From: a virus | DNA: 64,000 nt | Reading direction: 5' to 3' (one strand) | Virus record (IMG/VR): IMGVR_UViG_3300002835_000013 | Shown here: one piece after another, positions 38,050 to 49,846 of the stretch | Layout: each line of letters begins with the position of its first letter | How positions within the stretch are numbered: the stretch's first letter is position 1 | Notes under the pieces: generated by a model | What the model saw: the letters and a program-made list of their open reading frames with translations, nothing else | Told to the model about the DNA's origin: nothing | Database searches by the model: none | Made by a program: the position numbers and the translations under genes

Positions 38050-38766
38050 CTATGACCAAGTTACTGTTACTTGGCCGTGTGCTCCAGGATTACCAGCAGG
38101 TGTAATTGCAGGAATTGTAGGACCACCAAAACCACCAGTGCCAACTACAATAGTCACTGAGTCTTTCCAAGCTAGACTACCGATCGCTAGAAATGTATAA
38201 GTCTTAGTTGTTCTTCCGCCGCCGCCACCATTACCGCCAAAGCCTTGATCGCCGACGCCTTGATTTCTATTTGCAACACCACCGGCACCACCAGCAGAAC
38301 CTCCACCAGTAGTAACTGAACCTCCTGAACCGCCGCCATCTTCGCCATCGGCGCCTCTTGTTAGTCCGCAACCATTAGAACCAGCATCACCACCGTTAGC
38401 GATAACATTACCAAACGATGATGAAGAACCTGGGCCGCCAGGATTACCACATGCGGCGACGATTGGTCCGCCAGCTAGAATAGCATTAAACCAATAACCT
38501 CCTCCACCACCTCCTCCACCTGCGCCTCTGACATCAACGGAAAGAGATTCATGTGCGGGTACTAGAAAGGTGTATGTGCCAGGAGTTGAATATGTTCTAC
38601 TTCCTGGCACAGGCTTACTATAAAAATCGGAGAACTTGATAACACCACGTTCTTTGCCAGCCAGCCAGCGAGCGTCCTCGTTTGTGATACCAAATGCTGT
38701 GTTACTTCCACGGCATAAGGTAGAAATCAAACTTATAGACATTACACCATTAGCGGGTAGCGTCAT
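38050..38766 (-). CDS. Glycine-rich putative adhesin (gp38-like)
   Basis: Many poly-Gly runs, TPGTYTF, V.GAGGGGG, terminal V.V.WS; follows an S74 fibre. Confidence 0.6.
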   Translation of the reverse strand: MTLPANGVMSISLISTLCRGSNTAFGITNEDARWLAGKERGVIKFSDFYSKPVPGSRTYSTPGTYTFLVPAHESLSVDVRGAGGGGGGGGYWFNAILAGGPIVAACGNPGGPGSSSSFGNVIANGGDAGSNGCGLTRGADGEDGGGSGGSVTTGGGSAGGAGGVANRNQGVGDQGFGGNGGGGGRTTKTYTFLAIGSLAWKDSVTIVVGTGGFGGPTIPAITPAGNPGAHGQVTVTWS

Positions 38767-40208
38767 TTCTTACCTTCTAATTCTTTTACTCTAGCTGACA
38801 ACTCTTTGATGGCTTCTACTAGTAATGGAACAATTTTTTCGTATTGAACCGTCTTATAGTTTTCACCGGATATAGAGTATTGTTTTCCTTTTTCATCTAC
38901 GGCTAGATCAAAAGGAGCGTGCTTGATTACCTGAGGCAACACCTTTTCTACATCTTGCGATAATAGACCAACTTGCTCATTTGTGTCAGTGAAACCGAAC
39001 TTGGCAGCAAGTTCATTACCTGTATACGTTACGCCTTTGAGTTTTTCAACTTTTTCCAGAGCATTCTGAATTGGCGAAATATTTGTCTTTAGTCTTTCAT
39101 CGGAATAAAATCCAGCAACTTCACCACTGACATATAGACCCGTGTTATCAAATCTGCCCATCTGTGAACCGTTATATCTAACGATAACAGGAATTGCCGT
39201 GTTTGATCCAATCGTTACTTCGGTATTGTTTGCTGTGAATATACCTAGTGTGGCAAAAGAGGAATCAGTTAGTCTTAGCGTTGATTCTGTGGGATCTGAT
39301 CCACCACCAGGATAAATTCTAACACCAAAGTTGGCTACACCAGTTCTAAATGTTGCACCAGAACCCACAATGTTGTGATGGGTATCGATTGTTACAGTAT
39401 CTTGAATGGTAAATGAACCAGTAACGGTACCATTAGCAATGTTTACTTTATTATTTGAGTTATCAAAAGCGGCATTAGCATGTCTGTAGGCAGAGTTTGT
39501 TGTCAAATAAGCTGTATTGAGAACCGCATAAACTGTATTAGTTAGAACATAGCTGGAGTTTGTTACGGTGAAGTTTGAGTTTGTTTTAAAAGATGCTGTA
39601 TTGAGATATCCATAAACCGTATTGGTTCTAGTAAAACCAGCTGCGGCATTGGTTGCTGTACCTATCGAAAATAGATATGTTCCTGAAGCAAGATCATAAG
39701 CATCATTAGCCTTTGTATAGGCTCTATTAAGTTTTTCTGCTTGTTCTACTGCGGTAGCATTAGTTAATGAAATAGTATTTGCCAGAGTGAATGCGGCATT
39801 GGCTACTGTGAAAGCAGCGTTAGCTTTTGTGTGAGCATTAGCACTATTAAAGAAACTTCCATAAGCAAAAATATTAGCTGCATTGGCAATCGATCCAGCT
39901 TCATTTGCTCTATCGGAAGCGTTATTGGCAATGATGATCGATGTCTGTGAAACTAGAATTAAATTATTAGAGGAATCATAAGCCAAATTTGCTTGATCGA
40001 ACGCAGCCCCACCAAGAAGCAATAAATCACCAGATGACTGATTTAGATCAGATTGCAATGTTTCAACGTTGGCACTTAGATTAGCCGCATGTTGATATAG
40101 TTCCGTAAAGTTATTATTGGTCTTAAGGAACGAGACACGCATGGTGTCACCCGTACCATCATTAGAACTGGAACCAATATTGATTGTTTCTTTTGAAAAG
40201 TCTGCCAT
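38763..40208 (-). CDS. Tail fibre with C-terminal intramolecular chaperone (peptidase S74-like)
   Basis: INIGSSSNDGTGD.+R..F.K.N.NF.ELY attachment motif; SDERLKTNI ... LVEAIKEL. Confidence 0.8.
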   Translation of the reverse strand: MADFSKETINIGSSSNDGTGDTMRVSFLKTNNNFTELYQHAANLSANVETLQSDLNQSSGDLLLLGGAAFDQANLAYDSSNNLILVSQTSIIIANNASDRANEAGSIANAANIFAYGSFFNSANAHTKANAAFTVANAAFTLANTISLTNATAVEQAEKLNRAYTKANDAYDLASGTYLFSIGTATNAAAGFTRTNTVYGYLNTASFKTNSNFTVTNSSYVLTNTVYAVLNTAYLTTNSAYRHANAAFDNSNNKVNIANGTVTGSFTIQDTVTIDTHHNIVGSGATFRTGVANFGVRIYPGGGSDPTESTLRLTDSSFATLGIFTANNTEVTIGSNTAIPVIVRYNGSQMGRFDNTGLYVSGEVAGFYSDERLKTNISPIQNALEKVEKLKGVTYTGNELAAKFGFTDTNEQVGLLSQDVEKVLPQVIKHAPFDLAVDEKGKQYSISGENYKTVQYEKIVPLLVEAIKELSARVKELEGKK

Positions 40209-40246
40209 TATACTCTACTCTATGAATGTTTGTATTTATTTAGTTA

Positions 40247-41867
<1,621 letters not shown>

Positions 41868-41868
<1 letters not shown>

Positions 41869-42767
41869 TATGGCGTTCCAAACGGATTGATTTCGGATAG
41901 ATCAAGAATAGTCGTTGTCTCCTGAACAAATTCTTCGTTATCATAATCATCATATAGATTGAAATCTGTTCGATTATCGTATGCAGTTGAGCGATATATT
42001 GTCTGTGAAGTATTACCGTATACATTAGCGTTTGCTCTAAACTGACCTTCGATATTATATAAGAACATTGTACCATTTGCCTTATACCATTCTTTGACAG
42101 TAGCAGAGGCATAATTATTGGCCCACGTTCCATCGTCAGATTGATAAACAACTTCACCATCAAAGTAGCTGGTATTAAAAATATTTACCGGTGTTGTTTG
42201 TAGTGTTAGTTTGGTTGTATATGAAACTTCTTCGGCTACTTCATCAATCTCATCAATACCTGTATTGATTTCTTCTTGACTATAACGGAATGCCTCGCAG
42301 CGAAGTTCATAGACGAATGGAAGTCTATTACCTAGAGAATGAAACATAAGTTCTTGTTCAACAAACTTAATCTCAATCAAACTCTGTAGAAGTGGAATAA
42401 AAAGCAGATCACCTTCTTGTGGACGTTGTCTTATTGTAGAAGGCAAAATCTTTTTAAATGACCGCATAGAGATGATTAGATTGGATGTTTCTCTAATCTC
42501 CAGTCCAAACTTTGAGAAGAAGTCATTATCCCCTTCGAAACCTGCTACATTGGTAAGGTATGCTTCTATCAGATATGCCTTTTCGAACTTAGATTTTGAA
42601 TACTCACCAAAGATCATATCACCGGCGTCAAAAGACTCACGAGGAATGTAATAGATGTTTTGTCCCATAATCTGAATCGATTCGACAATAACATCTTCCA
42701 TGAGTCTATACTCATTATTCATTCGATTCTGTGTTGGGAAGTTATTGAAGTATCCGTTTACAGGCAT
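41868..42767 (-). CDS. 14: Neck protein gp14
   Basis: ESIQI.G..+YYIPR, FSKFGL, RP.EGDL, E.NPFG. Confidence 0.93.
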
Positions 42768-42768
42768 A

Positions 42769-43518
42769 CTAACCTACCAAAAAGCCAGGAGGAGCTTCGT
42801 AAGTATTTCTAATCTGTTCTTCAATTTCTCTAATCTCTGTCATCGCCTCCGCATAGATATCAGCGCCACGCATTGTTACACCGCCTGGTAGCTGCATCTT
42901 GTCAAACTTGGACATGTTCTGACCCCACTGACGCTTGACATAAGCTGTGGTTAGCTTTTTTAGCATACGATCATTCCATACCTGTGTGTATACGGTAGGA
43001 TCGGTGATGACAAAGCCTTCAATGATGATAAACTCGCCATCGTTGATATCGGAATCCCAGTCCCAATCGATGTATAGCTTGTCGGTAAGTCTATTGAAAC
43101 GAATCGGAGTCTCGCCTGTAAAGATTAGATCAAGCGTGGCGAGATGCTGCATTGTAAGAGAGTAGTTGACATAGGACGTGGAAGACAAGTCCCATAGATC
43201 ATTTAGACGAAGCTGATATCTAAGGTCGAACATATTCATGGCCATCTTGTTCTGGCCAACCTTGAATACTCTGGTAGCACCAATGAGAGAATCTGAAACA
43301 GTAACGTAACGATTGACCTTGTCTGTATTGGTAACCTGATGCTTTACATATGTTCGTTCGGTGCCGTTGAAGTGAAACTCGTTCCAAAACTCAAATGCGA
43401 GTTCCACTGCATCGTTTACCTGCTCGTCATCCACGTTGATTTGCATGACAGGATAACCTAACTGTCTCAAACAAAATTCTTTCAGTTCTTCTTTATTAGC
43501 TGGTTTGTTTAGTGACAT
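42769..43518 (-). CDS. 13: Neck protein gp13
   Basis: CLR.LG.PV..INV..EQ, K.QWG.N..KF...LPGGV. Confidence 0.94.
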   Translation of the reverse strand: MSLNKPANKEELKEFCLRQLGYPVMQINVDDEQVNDAVELAFEFWNEFHFNGTERTYVKHQVTNTDKVNRYVTVSDSLIGATRVFKVGQNKMAMNMFDLRYQLRLNDLWDLSSTSYVNYSLTMQHLATLDLIFTGETPIRFNRLTDKLYIDWDWDSDINDGEFIIIEGFVITDPTVYTQVWNDRMLKKLTTAYVKRQWGQNMSKFDKMQLPGGVTMRGADIYAEAMTEIREIEEQIRNTYEAPPGFLVG

Positions 43519-43535
43519 AGATTATCCTTGTCGAA

Positions 43536-43715
43536 TTAGTTTATTACTTTATCAGCAAGAGGACCTTCTGGACGATTTTGCTGAATCTGAGCATCTGCTT
43601 GCTGACGGACAATAGTAAAAGTCTCTAGACTTGCTTCCAGTGGTAGCTTGGCAAGACCTGCTAGAATAATATTCATCTGATTTAGATTCACTTCAATCTT
43701 GATAGTATTTTCCAT
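43536..43715 (-). CDS. Small protein, 59 aa (not in ORF track)
   Basis: MENTIKIEVNLNQMNIILAGLAKLPLEAS...; GGAG SD. Confidence 0.6.
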   Translation of the reverse strand: MENTIKIEVNLNQMNIILAGLAKLPLEASLETFTIVRQQADAQIQQNRPEGPLADKVIN

Positions 43716-43729
43716 GATGTTTTCACTCC

Positions 43730-44077
43730 TTAGTTAGTATTTGCGGCTGATGCCCATGGTAGAGTAGCTTCTATTGCTGGATTCTTTTTTTCATCAATTT
43801 GTTTCTGAATTTGCGAATTAACATGATCTCCATATGAACCAACAACAACGGCTTTGATCCACGTTAGAACATCTTCCTCCGTCAATTCGGAGAACGGTAT
43901 GAATGTTGTTCCTGCTGGCATAGAATTGATAGAAAATGGAGTAGCACCTAAAAACTTACCTTCAAACTCTCCATCTTTACCAATCTTCTCCCAGTATGTC
44001 TGAACAATAACATCGGAGGCATCATTTATCGTAGCTGTTTTAAGTCCTGTCACTTTCCAAGTGTATGTGATAGCCAT
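43730..44077 (-). CDS. Fibre-associated hypothetical protein
   Basis: MAITYTWK...FIPFSELTEEDVLTW...LPW pattern. Confidence 0.65.
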   Translation of the reverse strand: MAITYTWKVTGLKTATINDASDVIVQTYWEKIGKDGEFEGKFLGATPFSINSMPAGTTFIPFSELTEEDVLTWIKAVVVGSYGDHVNSQIQKQIDEKKNPAIEATLPWASAANTN

Positions 44078-44119
44078 AACCTTATCCCCTTACCTTATGA
44101 ACATGTCTATTTAGTTGTT

Positions 44120-47100
44120 TCATACTCGACGCTTTAGTTCGTCAATTTGTGCTTGTTGCTCTTTGATTGCTTCTATTAGTAGACCTACCATATTACCGTA
44201 AGCCACATTCTTGAAACCATCTTTATCTTCAAATACGACTTCTGGTAATACCTTTTCGACTTCTTGTGCGATAATACCTGAATAACGTCTTTCTTTATCC
44301 TCTAGATCGTTTCTAGTAAAAGTGACACCACGAATTTGCTTAATTTTATCAATCGCATTATCGATTATCTGAATATCATTTTTAAGTTTTAAATCGGAGT
44401 AAGCTGTAATATTACCACTCATCGTCAAAGAACCGCTGAAGGTTGCTCCAGTGGTGCTTAAATATTCATGCCAAGTGCCAAAAGAGCCACCAGATACGTT
44501 TCTAGTAAACAGTCTGTTAGATCTGTCTTCCCAACCCCAAGCGACCTGCACGCCCCAAAAATTAGAAGAATTAGAGTGACGATAGTTTTGTAGAAACCAC
44601 CAGCCGCCACCGGTAGGACAGTTTGTTCCGCTATTCAAGTCACCAGTATATCTAAGTCCATTAGCAGGAGTATTTGTAAAATCTGTATTCCAGTTACCGC
44701 TGGTACCAATAGATTGCAGAGCAGAAATTCTTAAAAATCCTGTTGGATCCACATACCATCCGGTGTCATTTGAATCATACATGATAGGTGTAAATATATG
44801 ACCTGATTGATTGATATAAAATACGTCAGCGCCAGCAGAACTTCTGAAACGCCAGTCGGCAGCAGCCTGAAAATACCAGTGATTGCTATGATATTGGATT
44901 TTACCTGCAAATTCACCCGTCCAAGCTGATGCATCTGCTCTCCAATCACCAACAGTTCTTATTGATGTTGACGCATTAGGATCAAGATAATAACCTGTAT
45001 TAACAGAATCATAGAATACTGGCGCACGAACATCCGCTGATGCGGAAACTGTACCAGTAAAAGTATGAGTTCCACCAGGTGCTGCTAGTTGTAATCTAAA
45101 AGTGTTAGCGCCGTCACTCCAACCACCGATTCTGAATACGTTATCGGTATCAAGACCCATATTAATAGCATATGCGCCTGATCTATGAAACGAAACGTGA
45201 GCAGATAGTGAAGTGCTACCTCTAATAGAAAATGATCCTGTATCGTTACCTGCCGAGACACCGCTAGTAGTAGGAACTCTTCCTACAAGTAATCCTGATA
45301 ATGTTTTTGTTCCACCAATAGTTTGATCACCCGTGGTATATACACCATTGGTTACGGTGCCCGCATTACCTGTGACACTAATGCCCCATGTTCCAGAAGC
45401 ACCAGAACCTGTTAGTGTAGGAGCATATGAAGTATAGTTAGAAGAATCTAGTTGCACTCTCCATGCTTGCCAAGTGCCATTATTCTTACCACGAGTTGCA
45501 ACTTGACCTGTTCTGAAGTCACCATATATCTGATGAATCCAAGCAGAACTAAATGCTGATGAATACAAACCCCCGTCAGTTTGTCCAAATAAACTTACGC
45601 TATTATTATAGCCTAACTGATTTTGCGTTACGTTATCTGGATTAATAGCAGATGCAGAACTATTTAACGTTAGACCTGTAACAGATCCTGCACTACCAGT
45701 AATAGATCCTGAGGATGTGATATAACCCGCTGAACCTGTAACCGCAGTAATACGACCCTGAGCGTCGATTGTTAGAGCAGAAATACCACTAGAATATGAA
45801 CCTGCACCAGGACCAACATTAGGCATAGAAATAGTGCCAGTGGAAGTAATGGTGCCTCCCGACAATCCGGTACCAGCGGCCACGGAGGTAACACCGGAAG
45901 AAGTAACATATCCTGCTGAACCAGTAACGGATGTAACACGTCCATAAGCATCAACAGTTAATGCAGAAATACCAGAAGAATAAGTTGCTGCACCAGCACC
46001 AGCAGTTGCTAGATCAATCGTTGGTGCGGTTCCACCAGAACTTGTAATACGACCTGAGGTTCCAGATACAGAAGCAACTTTAGCGTTGGCCGCAGCAAAA
46101 GCAGCGGTAGCATAAGTGATTGTTGCAAAGGTTGCGGTAGCATAGTTATTAGCCGCTGTTGTGGATGTATTAGTATATGCTCTGGCAACAATTAGGTTAG
46201 CGTCAACAATTGTTCTAGCAAATGTATTGGAAGCATTTGCCATAGCACCAGCATAATTGTTGGCAGAAGTGGCAACAGAATTAACACTACCAAATGCTGC
46301 GTTGGCTACAGTATAAGATGCAGCAATAGTTGGAGTAATATTCATACCATTGATAGTTGCTGTGCCATCAACTGTCATGTTGACAGCATTGGCTCCACCA
46401 AAAGGATTGAAAAATGATACAGTTTGAACACCAGTCAGATCGGAAAAATGTCTCAGAGATGTGCCAACAGAGTCGATAATCCAACTAGGATTTGAACCGG
46501 AACCTACAAGTCGAAGTTCTCCGCCCTCTCCTGCGCCATTTTGTGCTAGTGCAATTAAATTGTTTGCACTAAGAGATCCTGTAGTCGTCAAACTTCCAGC
46601 AAAGGTACCAGTAGTGTTCTGTAATGCGGTATTAGCACGACCAAAGGCAGCATTAGCGACGGTATATCCTGCATTAATGGAAGTATATGCTGCATTCGTC
46701 AATACATAGTCAGCATTAGAAGATGTATAAGCCGCATTGATTACCGCAAAGGCAGAATTGACGGCAGCATAAATGGTATTACTAAAAGTGAACTCGGCAT
46801 TGGCTGCGGCAAATGCAGCAGTCACATTAGTAGCGACACCGTTGGCAAAAGCAAAAGCAGCGGCCGCATTAGTAATTGTGGCAAATGTTGCTACAGAATA
46901 AGCATTAGTTGATGTTCCCACTGTGGCCGCATAAGCATTGCCACTATTTGCCATAGCACCAGCATAATTATTGGCAGATGTAGCATTCGTAGCAACTGTG
47001 GATATGGTAGCAAAAGTGGCAGTAGCCCAAGCATTACCAGAGTTGGCCATTGCTCCAGCATAGTTATTAGCTGATGTGACAGAAGTATTAGTATATGCTC

Positions 47101-49312
47101 TGGCAGTAACTAGATTTGCATCAACGATAGATTGAGTCCAGGCATTGCCAGAGTTGGCCATTGCTCCAGCATAGTTATTAGCTGATGTGACAGAAGTATT
47201 AGTATATGCTCTGGCAGTAACTAGATTTGCATCAACGATAGATTGAGTCCAGGCATTGCCAGAGTTGGCCATTGCTCCAGCATAATTATTAGCTGCCGTA
47301 GTAGATGTATTAGTATATGCTCTGGCAACAATTAGATTAGCATCTACAATAGTTCTGGCAAATGTATTTGAAGCATTTGCCATTGCTCCAGCATAATTGT
47401 TGGCAGCAATGGCCACCGAATTAACACTATTAAAGGCCGCATTCGTCAATACATAGTCGGCATTGGAACTTGTATAAGCTGCATTTACAGTATCAAAAGC
47501 GGTCTTGATCCATACAATAGCATTAGCACCACCAAGGTTCAAATTGCTAGTTCTAAGACTGGCATTTAGAACGTCCACTGTAAAGTTATTACCAGTGGTG
47601 CCGATATGACCATCATAATCCAATGCATGAACATTATATTCTTTAAATATGAACCATTCTTTTGATTCATGATCCCTAAAGAAACCTGTATGAACAATGT
47701 CGTTAGTAGCATTAGCATAGTGAGCAATAAAACCGATATCAACAACGTCCGCAGTATTGTTGCTCGCCAATAGAACAAGAGGATCACTAACGACAAAACT
47801 ATCTGTATTATGTGTTACAGTTGATCCAAGAATGTTTAGGTTACCTGTAATGCTAAGATCGCCAGAAATTGTTTGACTGGAACTGGATAGCTTTACATAG
47901 GTAGAATTGGCGTATGCATTTGCAGCATTGACCATTGCTCCAGCATAATTATTGGCAGCCGTAACAGATGTATTGGTGTATGCTCTAGCAACAATTAGAT
48001 TAGCATCAACGATTGTTCTGGCAAATGTATTAGAAGCATTTGCCATAAATCCTGCATAGGCATTTGCAGATATGGCAATAGAGTTAGCATTTCCGTATGC
48101 TGCATTAGCTACAGCAAATGCAGCGTTGGTTACGACATAGTTGGCATTAGCAGAAGTATACGCCGCATTAGTTAATGTATAATCAGCATTAGAACTTGTA
48201 AAGGCTGCATTGATTACCGCAAATGCAGAGTTGACCGCTGTATAGACTAATCCAGTGAACACATTGCCAGAGTTTGCCATAAATCCTGCATAGGCATTTG
48301 CGGATATAAACGACGGTGCAACATTTGTGGTGCCAACAATAAGTGAGTTGGCGATGTTCATACTACCAGTATGATTTATTTGTCTGGTTAAAGAGTTTAG
48401 AGTAAATACTGTAGAATACTGACCTAAATTATAGTTACCCCAAACAAAGAAATCGGAATAATCTCTAATTTCTCCATTATTTGCATCTAATCTTGTTTCT
48501 AAAGTTCCACTAGGATAATATGTAATATAAGCGGGATTTCCGGTGTTGTTTTTATCGTTAAATCTAATTTCCGAATACGAATCACTAGCTAGTAATGTTC
48601 TTACAACAGATGAAGATTTGATTTCAAGCTGACCTAAAGGCGCATCACTTGAAGAACTACCCATTCTAAGTTTAGAATCTTCAGGAAAATACAACCAACC
48701 ACCAAATGTAACATTAGATGTATTAGCTAGTCTAGAGTTTGCGCTACCAAAAGCAGCATTAGTAACTGTCCAATTGTCGCCCAGTTGTGTTAGTGTGGAA
48801 TAAGTGGCAGAAGCATAAGAGTTGGCAGCATTTGCCATTGCTCCAGCATAGTTATTAGCACCAATACCTGTATTATATGCTAGAACATTTGCTGAATTAG
48901 CTTTATCGTATGCTCCATTAGCTGTATTATATGCAGGAGCAATTTGTGGACCGACATTGTTAGCAGCATCAAAAGCAGAGTTGGCGACATCAAATGCTGG
49001 TTTAAGATTTGCTGTAATTGTGAATGAATCGTTAAAGATATTGGCAGACAACTCAATATTGTCACCATTATTGATTGTTAGAAAGTCTCCGGACGTATCT
49101 GCAATGAGCAATTGTCCCGCAACGTTAACGACACCAAAGTTATCACCTCCAGCACCACCGCCAGAAACAGATGCAATTAATCCTGAAGTATTCTTATAGA
49201 ATAATTTGCCGTCGGCATAATTGATGGCAATTTCGCCATAGTCTAGATCACTTGGTGAAGGCGCTTTGTTAACTTCTGATGATTTTTTAAGTTTGATTAC
49301 TGTGTTTGCCAT
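44120..49312 (-). CDS. Long tail fibre with Asn/Ala heptad repeats and C-terminal S74-like chaperone
   Basis: IKLKKS...P...L.YGE.AINYADGKLFYK N-terminus; repeats; SDLKLKNDI...GLLIEAIKE. Confidence 0.85.
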   Translation of the reverse strand: MANTVIKLKKSSEVNKAPSPSDLDYGEIAINYADGKLFYKNTSGLIASVSGGGAGGDNFGVVNVAGQLLIADTSGDFLTINNGDNIELSANIFNDSFTITANLKPAFDVANSAFDAANNVGPQIAPAYNTANGAYDKANSANVLAYNTGIGANNYAGAMANAANSYASATYSTLTQLGDNWTVTNAAFGSANSRLANTSNVTFGGWLYFPEDSKLRMGSSSSDAPLGQLEIKSSSVVRTLLASDSYSEIRFNDKNNTGNPAYITYYPSGTLETRLDANNGEIRDYSDFFVWGNYNLGQYSTVFTLNSLTRQINHTGSMNIANSLIVGTTNVAPSFISANAYAGFMANSGNVFTGLVYTAVNSAFAVINAAFTSSNADYTLTNAAYTSANANYVVTNAAFAVANAAYGNANSIAISANAYAGFMANASNTFARTIVDANLIVARAYTNTSVTAANNYAGAMVNAANAYANSTYVKLSSSSQTISGDLSITGNLNILGSTVTHNTDSFVVSDPLVLLASNNTADVVDIGFIAHYANATNDIVHTGFFRDHESKEWFIFKEYNVHALDYDGHIGTTGNNFTVDVLNASLRTSNLNLGGANAIVWIKTAFDTVNAAYTSSNADYVLTNAAFNSVNSVAIAANNYAGAMANASNTFARTIVDANLIVARAYTNTSTTAANNYAGAMANSGNAWTQSIVDANLVTARAYTNTSVTSANNYAGAMANSGNAWTQSIVDANLVTARAYTNTSVTSANNYAGAMANSGNAWATATFATISTVATNATSANNYAGAMANSGNAYAATVGTSTNAYSVATFATITNAAAAFAFANGVATNVTAAFAAANAEFTFSNTIYAAVNSAFAVINAAYTSSNADYVLTNAAYTSINAGYTVANAAFGRANTALQNTTGTFAGSLTTTGSLSANNLIALAQNGAGEGGELRLVGSGSNPSWIIDSVGTSLRHFSDLTGVQTVSFFNPFGGANAVNMTVDGTATINGMNITPTIAASYTVANAAFGSVNSVATSANNYAGAMANASNTFARTIVDANLIVARAYTNTSTTAANNYATATFATITYATAAFAAANAKVASVSGTSGRITSSGGTAPTIDLATAGAGAATYSSGISALTVDAYGRVTSVTGSAGYVTSSGVTSVAAGTGLSGGTITSTGTISMPNVGPGAGSYSSGISALTIDAQGRITAVTGSAGYITSSGSITGSAGSVTGLTLNSSASAINPDNVTQNQLGYNNSVSLFGQTDGGLYSSAFSSAWIHQIYGDFRTGQVATRGKNNGTWQAWRVQLDSSNYTSYAPTLTGSGASGTWGISVTGNAGTVTNGVYTTGDQTIGGTKTLSGLLVGRVPTTSGVSAGNDTGSFSIRGSTSLSAHVSFHRSGAYAINMGLDTDNVFRIGGWSDGANTFRLQLAAPGGTHTFTGTVSASADVRAPVFYDSVNTGYYLDPNASTSIRTVGDWRADASAWTGEFAGKIQYHSNHWYFQAAADWRFRSSAGADVFYINQSGHIFTPIMYDSNDTGWYVDPTGFLRISALQSIGTSGNWNTDFTNTPANGLRYTGDLNSGTNCPTGGGWWFLQNYRHSNSSNFWGVQVAWGWEDRSNRLFTRNVSGGSFGTWHEYLSTTGATFSGSLTMSGNITAYSDLKLKNDIQIIDNAIDKIKQIRGVTFTRNDLEDKERRYSGIIAQEVEKVLPEVVFEDKDGFKNVAYGNMVGLLIEAIKEQQAQIDELKRRV
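47037..47284. repeat. Perfect 111-bp (37-codon) tandem repeat, about 2.2 copies
   Basis: AGTTGGCCATTGCTCCAGCATA recurs at 47041, 47152 and 47263 with identical intervening sequence. Confidence 0.9.
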
Positions 49313-49824
49313 TAAAAGTCGTCATTCTCGTCTTTTGGTCGAGATTCTACTACAACCGCAGGTGTTTCTTCAACCATTACCTTTTTCTTATTTATGAGCT
49401 TTTTGACAGACGGGACCAGTTTGGTGAGATTATCGTTTTCAGATTTTAATGCATCATTGTCAATTTTAAGTGTTTCAATTTCTTGCTTTAAGACTTCACA
49501 TTCAGCATTTTTTGCTATCAATGCTTGCTTTGTTTCATTTGCTTGTGCTGTCACAGCATCCATATGTGAAACTTTATTTTTAATAGCTTCATAAGATGCT
49601 TTGATTGTATCTGCTTCCTCTACACTCTTAGATAAATCCGACGCCGTATTTTTACATTGCTCCAACTGTTCCTGGAGAGAAGCAATCAAAGCATCTCTCT
49701 CGGAAACAATTTCATTTGCAATTCTTACTTGAGTCTTTAACTGTAATATTGTTGACGTTTGTTCATGAATCATGCCCATGGCGTTGTCAACGTAAGCATT
49801 TATAAACTTTTGAGGATCACTCAT
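49312..49824 (-). CDS. Coiled-coil protein (possible fibre chaperone)
   Basis: Heptad-rich, acidic C-terminus. Confidence 0.6.
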   Translation of the reverse strand: MSDPQKFINAYVDNAMGMIHEQTSTILQLKTQVRIANEIVSERDALIASLQEQLEQCKNTASDLSKSVEEADTIKASYEAIKNKVSHMDAVTAQANETKQALIAKNAECEVLKQEIETLKIDNDALKSENDNLTKLVPSVKKLINKKKVMVEETPAVVVESRPKDENDDF

Positions 49825-49846
49825 ATTCTATTCTCCAATATTACTG

